A DNA stretch of 64,000 nt from an uncultured delta proteobacterium (lineage in GTDB: Bacteria > Myxococcota > B64-G9), in contig CAVWHX010000006.1 of the NCBI GenBank assembly GCA_963754925.1, positions 117,407-181,406 of the forward strand, in the 5' to 3' direction. Positions within the stretch are counted from its first letter, which is position 1. Every line of letters begins with the position of its first letter. The notes below the pieces were generated by a model. That model did no database searches and had not been told where the DNA came from. It worked only from the letters and a program-made list of their open reading frames with translations. This document shows positions 19,837-29,558 of this stretch, one piece after another. Made by a program: the position numbers and the translations under genes.

Positions 19837-20394
19837 CTAGGTTTTTACCAATATCGCCGAATGGCTTGATCGAATATCGAGGCGGCTCTTCATGCGGAGA
19901 CCACAGCCTTCGGCTGTCTGAAGGGATGCGGCAAACTTCTTTTCGGTAACATGGCCTGTTGGTTCCGACAGGAGCAGGTTGCAACCTTGTCTGAGCGCTG
20001 TTGCCGCCTCTGTGAAGAAACGCGCCTCGTCGGGGAGTTCGTGAACCACGGCAAACGCGAGCACGAAATCAACCCTCCCGTTGATATCCTCGACGCCCAT
20101 CCCTTCGGCCGGCGCTTGCCGAATATCAATTTGATCGATGAGTCGCGCTTTTTCCGCCCGCCGCCGTAGCGCCTTCAACATCCGTGCTTGAACGTCCACC
20201 GCGATGACGCGGCCCGTGGGACCGACCAGGCGCGCGAGCTCGAGCGTGAAAAACCCCATTCCCGGGCCCAGCTCGAGCGCCGTCATCCCTGAAACGACAA
20301 AGGGACTGAGGATGCTAGAGGGATTGTGCACAAGCCTTCTCACCGGGCTTACGAGAAAATAACCAAGCCACCATGGGCAGACTCTAGAAACCAT
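19837..20394 (-). CDS. class I SAM-dependent methyltransferase
   Basis: LELGPGMGFF, VIAVD, AVVHE. Confidence 0.88.
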   Translation of the reverse strand: MVSRVCPWWLGYFLVSPVRRLVHNPSSILSPFVVSGMTALELGPGMGFFTLELARLVGPTGRVIAVDVQARMLKALRRRAEKARLIDQIDIRQAPAEGMGVEDINGRVDFVLAFAVVHELPDEARFFTEAATALRQGCNLLLSEPTGHVTEKKFAASLQTAEGCGLRMKSRLDIRSSHSAILVKT

Positions 20395-20416
20395 GCGGTG
20401 CTCCTTGGTTCAAACG

Positions 20417-22108
20417 TTATTCTGCGGGCCGCGACGCCAAGCCCATGATGGTCCGATAGGCGTCGAGATAGAGCTTTTGTTCCACCGGCAATCGCCCGAA
20501 GTCACAGAGCTTCTCTCTACAGTAAGCCCCGCCGGTGAGGTTGTTGAGTATCCAGCGCGGAATATCGAAGTGCCTCATGAGGGGAAGCTTCCGTGGTTTC
20601 CCGTCGGCTATGACCAGCAAGAAGTTCTCAAAGCGTCTGAATTCATTGAGCGCTCCGGATAGCCCCGCCCGACTTCGGAAGCCGAACTGTAAATATTCCC
20701 ACACGCCTTTGGGCATCGGGGGTTGGTGGTCTGCGACCAAAACGATAATGCCCTGCGGATCCATTTCCATCAGACGCTTGATGTAGTTCACGAGCGCTTG
20801 GGTGCGATAGTATATCTGATTGGTAAGGCGCGTGAGGTAGTCCACGTTGGGTTGCACGGTAACGAGCAACGGGTGCCGGTCGGTGTCAATATCGAACGGA
20901 TAGTGACCGTACATGGTCAAAACGTAGTTTAAAAACGGTTGGCTCTTTTGCAGAAGCGATTTCACCTTGACGAGGTTTTGAGCGAGAAAATCTCCATCGA
21001 ACAAATAGGTTTGGTCGCCGAGGGCAATCGACTCCTCGCCCGGTTTACTAAACCGGTCGGCGTAGAGGATTTGCGAAAAACCTAGTCCTGGATACGCATG
21101 CTTGGTGTTGTAGTATATCGGCCCGTAGGGAAAACTCAGAAGCGTGAAATACCCGGCATCGCCGAGAATGGCCGGAAGGCAGTACGTTTTTGCGCCGCTG
21201 AATCCGAGAAACTCGACTCCGTACAACCGCAGGGAAGGAACGCCGCAGAGGACTTCGAACTCGGCGCGGGAGGTTTCTCCGCCAAAGGCCGGTGATATCG
21301 ACGAACCGATGGCGTCGTCTGCGAAGGCGCTGAATTCATCGGCCACAGGCGGTCGGCTGAACCGTAGCCCCCGAAAAAGCCGTACGTCGACAAAACTCTC
21401 CAATACAATGATGTGGATGTTTCGCTTGTCCAGGTTCTTGAGCATGTCATCGCCGAGTTTTATGCTCGACTGCGCAAGCGGCGTATACCCCTCGAGGCCT
21501 TCGAGGTAGCTACGCCTGCGTATCTCGCGCATAGTCATAGTATAGACGCGGCCCCAGCGTTCGGCCGTAGCCTGGTCCGACCATTCTTCATCCGGGGTGA
21601 CGGCATTGATACATTCATAGGTGAACGTCGGGAAGAAGATGGTGGAACCGAGCACTAAACAAAACGGCGCTACCAGCGCGAAGGACGACCATCGGAACGA
21701 GGGGATTTTCCATTCGATCGAAAGCAGCCAAATCACGACCGGATGCACGAGCAGGGTCACATACAACACCCGGGGCCAGAACGTTAACCCCTGGAATACG
21801 TCCGGAAACAGCTTGGCATCGATGTAGTTTGGTACGGACGAAAGAAGGACTATGCTGACGTCGTTGACGGCATACAGCCACACCAACGGCAATACCGCTG
21901 GTATGAACCGCCACCACTTTTTACGCAGCGGCAGCTGCAACAGGGCGAACAGGTAGACCAAAAACGGTATCTCGGTAAACCACTGGGTCCCGTCCACAGG
22001 GAAAGCCCAGCTATTGGCAAAGAGGGTGTAGCCAACGAATAGTGCGATAAAGATGCCGTAGCGAAGCATGATGCTGCGCACTGTGGGAGTGTTGAAGCGG
22101 CTCATCAC
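20417..22108 (-). CDS. LTA synthase / sulfatase-like membrane protein
   Basis: N-terminal TMs; NI.IIVLESF, GGETS.AEFE, H.PF, ADHQP. Confidence 0.85.
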   Translation of the reverse strand: MMSRFNTPTVRSIMLRYGIFIALFVGYTLFANSWAFPVDGTQWFTEIPFLVYLFALLQLPLRKKWWRFIPAVLPLVWLYAVNDVSIVLLSSVPNYIDAKLFPDVFQGLTFWPRVLYVTLLVHPVVIWLLSIEWKIPSFRWSSFALVAPFCLVLGSTIFFPTFTYECINAVTPDEEWSDQATAERWGRVYTMTMREIRRRSYLEGLEGYTPLAQSSIKLGDDMLKNLDKRNIHIIVLESFVDVRLFRGLRFSRPPVADEFSAFADDAIGSSISPAFGGETSRAEFEVLCGVPSLRLYGVEFLGFSGAKTYCLPAILGDAGYFTLLSFPYGPIYYNTKHAYPGLGFSQILYADRFSKPGEESIALGDQTYLFDGDFLAQNLVKVKSLLQKSQPFLNYVLTMYGHYPFDIDTDRHPLLVTVQPNVDYLTRLTNQIYYRTQALVNYIKRLMEMDPQGIIVLVADHQPPMPKGVWEYLQFGFRSRAGLSGALNEFRRFENFLLVIADGKPRKLPLMRHFDIPRWILNNLTGGAYCREKLCDFGRLPVEQKLYLDAYRTIMGLASRPAE

Positions 22109-22175
22109 GGCGTGACTTAGTCACGATACCGTGCCGCTGTCAATGCCGCTCTTCAACATGATATCGGAGAGAATT

Positions 22176-22844
22176 CTATTCTTCGATCGTCACGCGGTAG
22201 GCAAGGCGAACCGCTCCCCAGTGTTTTCCGTTAAGGTACACGGGAACGGACAGGTCGTTCATTATCTCGCCCGTATCGCGTTTGTAGGTTTGAATGAGAT
22301 ATGGCTTTGTGTTGCGCGCGGCTTGAAGCCCGGTCTTGTCGCAAAAAATGCGCTTGGTGCGGTTGAGGGACAAGTCCTTTTCCGCATCTCCGGTAAGCGG
22401 TTGAGAAAAGCGGGAGATATGAGAGGGCAGGTATCCATTGCTATCAACGAGTATCACGTACAAAATGTCGGGAGATTTCGTGACGAAGGCCTCCTCGATG
22501 GGCTTGATATCGCGGTCGGCCAGTTTGTCGTAGTCGGTAGTGAATTTCGGCGGATCGGTAAGCAACTTAGGCTCTTTTGAATGAGGATCGAGTATCGGAT
22601 AATACAGCTGGCTGAATAGCTTTTCTTCACTCACCTCGCCCGAGGAGATCCATTTCTCCATAATCTCAGCGCACTGGTTGGCGCATTGTTTTACCAGTTC
22701 GAGCAAGTGGGCTTCTTTTGAGTCGGTGCTTTTTATTTGCTGGGCTAAAACCGTGTTCGTCAGCAGAATAAGGATTAACGAAAGCACACGTCCTATCAAG
22801 ACCGGTCGGGCGATTCTGGCTTGGTTTTGATTAATAGGCGGCAT
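22176..22844 (-). CDS. secreted protein with an MCP-associated sensor-like domain
   Basis: signal peptide; PKFTTDYD, D.NGYLP.H, NRTKRIF.D, Y.RDTGE, HWG.VR. Confidence 0.75.
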   Translation of the reverse strand: MPPINQNQARIARPVLIGRVLSLILILLTNTVLAQQIKSTDSKEAHLLELVKQCANQCAEIMEKWISSGEVSEEKLFSQLYYPILDPHSKEPKLLTDPPKFTTDYDKLADRDIKPIEEAFVTKSPDILYVILVDSNGYLPSHISRFSQPLTGDAEKDLSLNRTKRIFCDKTGLQAARNTKPYLIQTYKRDTGEIMNDLSVPVYLNGKHWGAVRLAYRVTIEE

Positions 22845-22886
22845 ACCAAACTCCTTCTCGGAATGAAAAAACCGTATAGCCGCTGC

Positions 22887-23798
22887 TTACTGATGCAGCC
22901 GATCCATGGCGTCTTTCATGCTCGCACGCAATCGGTCGACCGATTTCGTCAGTCTCCCGATTTCGTCAGTGCTGTCGGAGGCAAGTTTTTCATCGAGCCC
23001 CTGACCCAGAGAAATTTTGTCTGCCGCGGCCGAAAGTATTTCGATCGGTTTTGTGGCGCGTTTGATGAGTATATGATTGGTTCCGATGACCACTAAGGCG
23101 AAGCCGGCGAAGAGAAATATCAAAGACCAGAGCAACGCTTTTTTGTGACGTTCGATTTGCTCGATGGAGACCGCGATGCGAAATCCTCCCCAGTGCTTTC
23201 CCTTGACGTAAATGGGAGAGGATACGTCCCACATGAGCTCGCCCGTATCCCGTCGGTACTCCTGAACGTATCCCGGCTCGGTATTTTGCGCGGCTGCCTT
23301 GCCCACCGGATCGTCGAACCGGCGCTTGGTGCGGTTGCCGACCATATCCTTTTCCAGATCGCCGGTGATGGGTTGCTGGTACCTGGAGTTGTGGGTGGGA
23401 ATGTAGCCGTTGGTATCGACCCCTACGGCAAATACGAAGTCTTTGGTTTCGAGGAACTTGTCTTGGAAGGCGACCACCGCCTTGTCGGTTAAGAAATCAT
23501 ATTTGGTGTGAAATTTGGGTTTGTCGCCCCAGTTGTAACCCCGGATCAACTCGTATTCGTGGTCAAATGCCTCGGTCACCGTGATCACGCCGTTATCAAC
23601 GGCTTCTTCGAGAACCGTGCCGTACATATTGGCGCCTAAGACGGAAGCCAGTTTGGCTTTTTCCAACGTAAACTCCTCCATCATCCGTTCTTGATTCTGT
23701 ATGATGGAAATAGCCACCGCGATCGTCAATAACACCATGACCCCTGCAAGCGTCAGCGAGATCTTGTGACTCAGTCGTTTCTTTACGGCCTCAAGCAT
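22887..23798 (-). CDS. membrane sensor-domain + HAMP protein with no output domain
   Basis: TM - same domain as 22176-22844 - TM - HAMP (DEIGRL), then stop. Confidence 0.8.
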   Translation of the reverse strand: MLEAVKKRLSHKISLTLAGVMVLLTIAVAISIIQNQERMMEEFTLEKAKLASVLGANMYGTVLEEAVDNGVITVTEAFDHEYELIRGYNWGDKPKFHTKYDFLTDKAVVAFQDKFLETKDFVFAVGVDTNGYIPTHNSRYQQPITGDLEKDMVGNRTKRRFDDPVGKAAAQNTEPGYVQEYRRDTGELMWDVSSPIYVKGKHWGGFRIAVSIEQIERHKKALLWSLIFLFAGFALVVIGTNHILIKRATKPIEILSAAADKISLGQGLDEKLASDSTDEIGRLTKSVDRLRASMKDAMDRLHQ

Positions 23799-23882
23799 GC
23801 TCAACCTCCACCTGAAAATTTGCCGGATGATAGTATACCCGCTTGACATCTGCAACTTCCTTTGCGACCGTTGAGCGTTGGC

Positions 23883-23935
23883 CCCCTAAAGGGACAAGAG
23901 ACTGTAAACCTCTCTTCGTTCGGTAACAGTCTCTA
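23883..23935. repeat. ~53-bp hairpin mini-element, copy
   Basis: cccctaaagggacaagagactgt..acagtctcta. Confidence 0.75.
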
Positions 23936-23965
23936 GTAATCGCCACAACCAGAAGGAGCTCAGTC

Positions 23966-24787
23966 ATGTCAGCGTATGAATTTTACCTCGTTGAAAAGAA
24001 CCCACCCGTAGCGTGGGTATACCTTAACCGGCCGGACAAGCTCAACGCCATGCATCAACCGGCGTGGGCTGAGTCCATACCGATTTTCGCTGACCTTGAT
24101 GCGGACGAGGACATCAAGGTGGTGATTATCGCCGGCAAGGGCAGGTGCTTCTCTGCGGGCATAGACCTTATCGGCATGGCCGCCTTCACGCCGGAGCTCT
24201 TGGATAAGGATCAAAAAGGCGCAACGAAGTGGAAATTTTTACCCAAGATCCAGGCCATGCAGGAGACCATGAGCTGTATTGAGCGTTGCAGAAAACCGGT
24301 CATAGCCGCTGTTCACGGGTATTGCATCGGAGCCGGGCTGGATATGATCACCGCCTGCGATATCAGGTTGTGCTCACAGGACGCCACCTTCTCGCTGCGG
24401 GAGGCTGCCGTCGGATTTGTCGCTGATGTTGGTGTGCTCCAGCGGATTCCGCTGATAGTTGGACAGGGAATCGCGCGGGAACTTGCCTATACGGCAAAAA
24501 ACATAGATGCAAAGCGCGCGAAGGAGATTTTACTGGTCAACGAGGTGTTCGAATCTCAAGAAGCTCTCATGGCGGGCGCTCTCAAGATGGCCATGGAAAT
24601 TGTGGAAAACTCTCCCTTGGCGGTGCAGGCATCAAAAACGGTGCTGAACTATGGTGTAGGCAAAAGCATCGGCGAAGGACTCGACCACGTCAGGTCGTTA
24701 AGCGCCAACATAATACCATCGAATGACCTCATGGAAGCGTTCGCCGCGATGATGGAAAAGCGCAAGCCGAAGTTTACGGGTAAATAA
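23966..24787 (+). CDS. enoyl-CoA hydratase/isomerase (crotonase family)
   Basis: LNRPDKLNA, FSAGIDL, KPVIAAVHGYCIGAG, ACDIR. Confidence 0.93.
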   Translation: MSAYEFYLVEKNPPVAWVYLNRPDKLNAMHQPAWAESIPIFADLDADEDIKVVIIAGKGRCFSAGIDLIGMAAFTPELLDKDQKGATKWKFLPKIQAMQETMSCIERCRKPVIAAVHGYCIGAGLDMITACDIRLCSQDATFSLREAAVGFVADVGVLQRIPLIVGQGIARELAYTAKNIDAKRAKEILLVNEVFESQEALMAGALKMAMEIVENSPLAVQASKTVLNYGVGKSIGEGLDHVRSLSANIIPSNDLMEAFAAMMEKRKPKFTGK

Positions 24788-24796
24788 TCTGAGCGC

Positions 24797-25096
24797 TCAA
24801 AATTTAGGAGACGTCGGTCGGTTCATGAGCGCTTTGAGAACCGGGCTGGCCTTGAACGTGATGACCCGGCGCGCAGAGATATTGATTGACTCGCCGGTCT
24901 TAGGGTTACGCCCGACGCGGGTTCTTTTATTGCGGGGGGTGAAGTTGCCGAACCCGGAGATCTTGAGCTTTTCGCCGCGTTCAAGGGTTGACTTCATGGT
25001 TTCTAAGATTGTCTCGACGATATCGGAAGCCTGACTCATCGAGAAACCGATTGCCTTCTGAACTTCCTCAACAATGTGCGCCTTGGTGATAGCCAT
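24797..25096 (-). CDS. ihfA: integration host factor subunit alpha
   Basis: TKAHI, KISGFGNF, R.GRNPKTGE, ISARRVITFKAS. Confidence 0.88.
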   Translation of the reverse strand: MAITKAHIVEEVQKAIGFSMSQASDIVETILETMKSTLERGEKLKISGFGNFTPRNKRTRVGRNPKTGESINISARRVITFKASPVLKALMNRPTSPKF

Positions 25097-25330
25097 CAGA
25101 ACACTCCTTATTCCCTGTAAATTGTTTTTGCCTTGGCGGCTCTATAAGCTAAAACCAATTCCCAGTGCAAGAAAAATCGTAATAGCACACGTAATGGCCT
25201 CAGTCACCTTTTGCAGGGGTGCTTCGCCCACCATGGCGGCGAGAAGCATCATTGATGTAGCAGGCGTTGTACGTTGCCAAGACCCATCCTTTAATATATT
25301 ATGCCGCGCATTGGAATCGAAAAGTACACC

Positions 25331-25612
25331 ATGATCAGGGAATTGAACAGCCACAGAGATATGGAAACGAGCGTTTCGGTTATCAGAGATTCATTTGTTA
25401 CCGTCGCGGAAGAGTTTAACCTAACGAGGGAAAATTGCCCTACTCACCCATCGTTTATTTCCGTGGTTAATTTAGAAGATCTGGTTGCGAAGGGGGTAAG
25501 CCTGTTTGGTTTATTCGACGATGACCTGCACATTGGTTTCGTTGCATTGGAAAAGGGAAATGGAGAGGGTTTTGGACTGAACGGGTTTTGCTGCTCGAGA
25601 GTTGCCAGGTAG
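25331..25612 (+). pseudogene. truncated GNAT-family acetyltransferase
   Basis: IRDSF.TVAEEF.LT.ENCP..P N-terminus and IGFVALE strand; acetyl-CoA-binding half missing. Confidence 0.5.
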
Positions 25613-25649
25613 ATACGTGGGAAGGCGTCCGTAGAAAGTTGAGTACCTC

Positions 25650-27140
25650 ATGGACCTGATCCTCCTTGGTTTCGCCCTTGTCTTTTTGCTGGCGTTCAAT
25701 GCCTTTTTTGTTTTGGCGGAGTTTGCCATCGTGAAGGTTCGATCGTCGCGGGTCGCGGAATTGGTCGATGCCGGTAATGCCCGGGCGAAGTCGCTGCTTA
25801 GCATACAAAAGCGTATCGACGAATACCTCGGCGTCTGTCAGGTTGGCATTACGCTGGCGAGCATTGCGCTGGGCATGGTCGGCGGAAAAGCCACCGATGT
25901 GATCCTTGGCCCCGCCAAGCATGGCATGACGCGTTACCTGATCGCCATGGGGATTTCATATGTGGTTGTATCAGGTTCGCACATTCTGTTGGGCGAGCAG
26001 GTGCCTAAGTCAATCGCGATTCGAATCGCCGATCGCCTCGCGCTGGCCGCGGTGACGCCGCTGCGGTTCTTTCACGCGCTCTTCTTTCCCGCCCTCTGGT
26101 TGATGAAGACGGTGGCCCTATTCATACTGCGGCTCATCGGGATTCCGCGGTCAGCGGATGAAGCGCAGCACAGTGAGAGTGAGCTACGCATTATCCTCGA
26201 TCACTTCCAAGAGCGCGGCATGCTTTCGTTTCGGCGGCTGCTGTTTATGGAGAACGTTTTCGATCTCGGCGGGCTCGTCGTGAGCGACGCCATGCGGCCG
26301 CGCGAACGGGTGATTTGCCTTCAGGCGTGGCAGCCCTGGTCAGAAACGCTCCCCACGATACGGGCCGCGCGCTTCACGCGGTATCCGCTCATCGATGAAG
26401 ATCCCGAACGGCCGCTGGGGTTTGTACATCTTAAAGACATATTGATTCGCGAACACGATACTCCTCTAAACCTCAAGAAGTTGGTGCGGCCCCTGCTCAA
26501 GACCACCGAAACAACCCAGCTCGAGGCGTTGCTTGCCGATATGCAGCGTCGGCGTATCCACATGGCGTTGGTAAAAAACCGCGAGGGCCGTTGGACCGGC
26601 TTGATTACGCTGGAGGACATCATTGAAGAAATCATCGGCACCATCCGCGACGAGTTTGAGGACGAAGAAACCGTGCGTTTGACCGATGCGTTGACCATAG
26701 ACCGTATTCATCTCGGTATCGAAGCCGATTCACCGGTCGCAGCCGTCCTGGCCGCCCTGACGCGCACGCCTCTCGACTCTATACCGCTGCCCCTCGATCA
26801 GATTGTTCGTGCCGTGGCGGATCGCGAACGCCTCGTGGGAACCTATCTTGGGCACGGCATCGGCATGCCGCATGCGCGTATCAACGGTCTCGTCAAACCT
26901 TTCTTGATGATCATACGCTCCGAACTAGGAGTTCCCTGTAAGGGGACGACCGAAAAAGCCCGCCTTCTATTTGTGTTGCTCACGCCCGCCGGCCAGCCGC
27001 GCATTCACCAGCGACTTCAGTCGTTGATCGCCACGTTGCTCAACGAAAGCAGGTATGTGCAGGAACGCCTGCACACGGCGGACTCGCCCGCGGAAGTCCT
27101 CGAAGTAATCCGCACCGGCGAACAGGCGTCACTGGACTAA
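25650..27140 (+). CDS. CNNM/hemolysin-family (DUF21-CBS) transporter fused to a PTS EIIA-2 domain
   Basis: NAFFVLAEFAIV, QVGIT, GEQVPK, TLEDIIEEIIG; C-terminal RE....T.LG.GIGMPHAR. Confidence 0.88.
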   Translation: MDLILLGFALVFLLAFNAFFVLAEFAIVKVRSSRVAELVDAGNARAKSLLSIQKRIDEYLGVCQVGITLASIALGMVGGKATDVILGPAKHGMTRYLIAMGISYVVVSGSHILLGEQVPKSIAIRIADRLALAAVTPLRFFHALFFPALWLMKTVALFILRLIGIPRSADEAQHSESELRIILDHFQERGMLSFRRLLFMENVFDLGGLVVSDAMRPRERVICLQAWQPWSETLPTIRAARFTRYPLIDEDPERPLGFVHLKDILIREHDTPLNLKKLVRPLLKTTETTQLEALLADMQRRRIHMALVKNREGRWTGLITLEDIIEEIIGTIRDEFEDEETVRLTDALTIDRIHLGIEADSPVAAVLAALTRTPLDSIPLPLDQIVRAVADRERLVGTYLGHGIGMPHARINGLVKPFLMIIRSELGVPCKGTTEKARLLFVLLTPAGQPRIHQRLQSLIATLLNESRYVQERLHTADSPAEVLEVIRTGEQASLD

Positions 27141-27182
27141 TCCATTCAGTTTTGATATTCGGTAGTGTTATACTGTGGTTAG

Positions 27183-27575
27183 ATGAGAAATCTGTCCTGG
27201 TTAGCCATTCTCTTTTTTTCAGGTATGGTTGCCTGCGGTCCTCGGCGGTATACCAAGAGTGATAACGAGTATGCGCGTTATTCCGACGTCGGGTACGCCT
27301 CGTATTACAGCAGCCAGTTTAACGGGAGAACAACAGCTTCCGGCGAACACTATAACAGGAACAAACTCACCGCCGCCCATCCGACGCTGCCGTTTGGCAC
27401 CCTGGTCAAAGTCACCAATCAAAACAACGGACGATCGGTGGTCGTACGCATCAACGACCGAGGGCCGTTTGATGGGACCCGGATCATCGATGTTTCGAAT
27501 GCGGCGGCCAAACGCCTCGGCATGATACCGAGCGGCGTCGTCCCGGTTCGGCTGGAGATCGTTCGCCCTCCTTGA
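27183..27575 (+). CDS. rlpA: RlpA-family lytic transglycosylase lipoprotein
   Basis: lipobox [33 protein letters not shown]. Confidence 0.9.
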   Translation: MRNLSWLAILFFSGMVACGPRRYTKSDNEYARYSDVGYASYYSSQFNGRTTASGEHYNRNKLTAAHPTLPFGTLVKVTNQNNGRSVVVRINDRGPFDGTRIIDVSNAAAKRLGMIPSGVVPVRLEIVRPP

Positions 27576-27613
27576 ATCTCGCTCACCGAACGGCGCCGAT
27601 GGGGGTTAACTGT

Positions 27614-27952
27614 TCATCCAAGTTTGATTACCGGCACCTGCAGCGGACTACGGTGTAATTGATCGACCTTCTGCTCCCCATCGCGGGTCAGGGAAAATAT
27701 CATCTTGCGTTTGTCGTCTTCTGCAATGGAACGGCCAATAAGCTTCTTCTTTTCGAGTTTTCCGAGAATGCGCGAGATACGCGATGGAGAAAGGCCGAGC
27801 TCACGGGATATTTCGCCAGAACTTCTTTTTTCTTTCGCCAAAGCGCAAACTAACAGGCACTCGTTCAACGATAGGTCAAATTCCTTCTGCAACAAATTAT
27901 CGAAAACGAAAATGGTTTTAAAAACTTCTTTTAGCTCGCAAAGACTTTCCAT
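27614..27952 (-). CDS. MarR-family transcriptional regulator
   Basis: wHTH SRISRILGKLEKK.LI.R, DKR...LT..G. Confidence 0.82.
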   Translation of the reverse strand: MESLCELKEVFKTIFVFDNLLQKEFDLSLNECLLVCALAKEKRSSGEISRELGLSPSRISRILGKLEKKKLIGRSIAEDDKRKMIFSLTRDGEQKVDQLHRSPLQVPVIKLG

Positions 27953-28071
27953 GGGGTCGAATACCTCGCGTGTCAATCGGAATGATGGTAATGCATTTTC
28001 ATCTGTTTCGGAAGCAAAAACTGCTCGCAGTCCGAGCAGTTGATTCGCGTTATTTTTTCATTTGAATTCTT

Positions 28072-28806
28072 TTAGCACACTGAATCAGCGGCTGGGTCAA
28101 AGCCGTAAAACCGCCGCAGCTCCTCGTAGAGATCAGGGGTCAGGGTCTTCATATCTCGGGGCCGCTCAAAAAACGATTCGGTGGCGACCGCGAAAAATTC
28201 GGCCTCGTTCGTGGCGCCATACTCGCGCAGCACCAAGCGCTGCGGCGTGTCGCCGGCTTGCAGCGCCAGGAAGTTGCGGCTCATCACCTCGGCCCAGGGA
28301 CGATAGTGCCCGGTTGCCCGCAACCGGGGAGTGCCGTCAAACGACCCGCCCTCCTTGTCAAGGACATGGGCGAACTCATGTAGCGCCGTGTCGTGACCGT
28401 CGCACTCGTACCGCAGCCCTTCGACGACCGCCGGCCACGAAAGCACCACGGTGCCAAAACGGTGGGCCTCGCCGGTCCGCGGATCTTCGTCCTTGGGGTT
28501 TTTGAAGGTGTAGGGATACACCACGATCTCGGCAAGTTCGTCATAGTAGGTGAGATCCAGAAATAGGATTAATCGGATCGCGGACGCCGAGATAACCACC
28601 CGATGCTCGTCGGTGATGGTGAGGCCGCCGGCCCCAAAGAACTGCTTCTCCCCTATGAAAATCTTAAGGTAGTCTTTAAAACGCTGTTGTAGGTCTGATG
28701 AAAGTCTTCGATAGAACGGCAGACGCTCCACGATCGGCGCCCAGGCAGGCGGGAACGCAACGCCGAGCATTCGTTTTCGTTTTAGTGTGCGTAGCCACCC
28801 TGCCAT
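28072..28806 (-). CDS. zinc-dependent peptidase, MtfA/M90 family
   Basis: GEAH..G.VVLSW, HEFAH.LD, YGATNEAEFFAVATESFFE. Confidence 0.9.
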   Translation of the reverse strand: MAGWLRTLKRKRMLGVAFPPAWAPIVERLPFYRRLSSDLQQRFKDYLKIFIGEKQFFGAGGLTITDEHRVVISASAIRLILFLDLTYYDELAEIVVYPYTFKNPKDEDPRTGEAHRFGTVVLSWPAVVEGLRYECDGHDTALHEFAHVLDKEGGSFDGTPRLRATGHYRPWAEVMSRNFLALQAGDTPQRLVLREYGATNEAEFFAVATESFFERPRDMKTLTPDLYEELRRFYGFDPAADSVC

Positions 28807-28859
28807 GCGACCTCTTGCCAATAACCACGATACCGAGCTTGTATTGAAAAAAAACGACC

Positions 28860-29258
28860 CTAGATCACTGAAATCACGCCTGAATTGCGAATTCTCGTAT
28901 CGGCAGTGACGAGGCTCAAGCCGCAAACACGGGCCGTGGCCGCTATGATTTGGTCAGCCGGGTCCTTTGGAAACGAATCACCCAGGCGAGTGCTTTCCAA
29001 GGCGATGCGGGGCGTCAATGGTATGATCTCGATGCTTGAATGGTCTTCAAGGTCTTCGAAAAACCCATCAATCGAACGTTGAAGAAAGATTCGACCTCGT
29101 TCAACCAGTTTGGCAATTTCCCATAGGCTGATCGCCGAAAGTGCGTACCGCTCCCCTTTGCTATCGATGCGTTCGAGGATCTCCGCTTGTTTCTTTGAGA
29201 GAGCGCCCTCGCCGATGAGCCACCAGATCAGAACGTGGGTATCCAAAAGAACTTTCAC
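28860..29258 (-). CDS. PIN-domain (VapC) toxin
   Basis: LLDTHVLIW, SAISLWEI, KDPADQIIAATA, LVTAD; GTG start overlaps the antitoxin stop. Confidence 0.9.
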   Translation of the reverse strand: MKVLLDTHVLIWWLIGEGALSKKQAEILERIDSKGERYALSAISLWEIAKLVERGRIFLQRSIDGFFEDLEDHSSIEIIPLTPRIALESTRLGDSFPKDPADQIIAATARVCGLSLVTADTRIRNSGVISVI

Positions 29259-29492
29259 TGGAGGGCCTCCCACTCCTCGGACCAATCGCATTCCACGATG
29301 TCGCCCTTGATGACTAACCGATCTTTCATGGAACCACGGAGCGGTTGTACGTCCTTCCTCAGGGGGATGATCTTCGCTATTGGTTCGCCACGTTTGGTGA
29401 TGACGATTCTCGTCGCCCCGACGCTGAATCTTCTCGAATAGCCGCAAGCAATGTTTGTTAAACTCGCTCACGCTAATGTTTTGCTCTTTCAT
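29255..29492 (-). CDS. Phd/YefM antitoxin with a +1 frameshift near 29408
   Basis: ISVSEFN..CLRL in one frame; IVITKRGEPIAKIIP...GDIV..W in the next. Confidence 0.8.
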
Positions 29493-29525
29493 AGAACCTC
29501 CTCAATGAAAGGGTAGTATTAACCT

Positions 29526-29539
29526 CTTGACTAGTCAAG
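29526..29539. promoter_or_regulatory. palindromic operator upstream of the TA operon
   Basis: perfect palindrome CTTGACTAGTCAAG about 35 bp upstream of the antitoxin start. Confidence 0.5.
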
Positions 29540-29558
29540 TGGTTAAGAAAGACAATAT

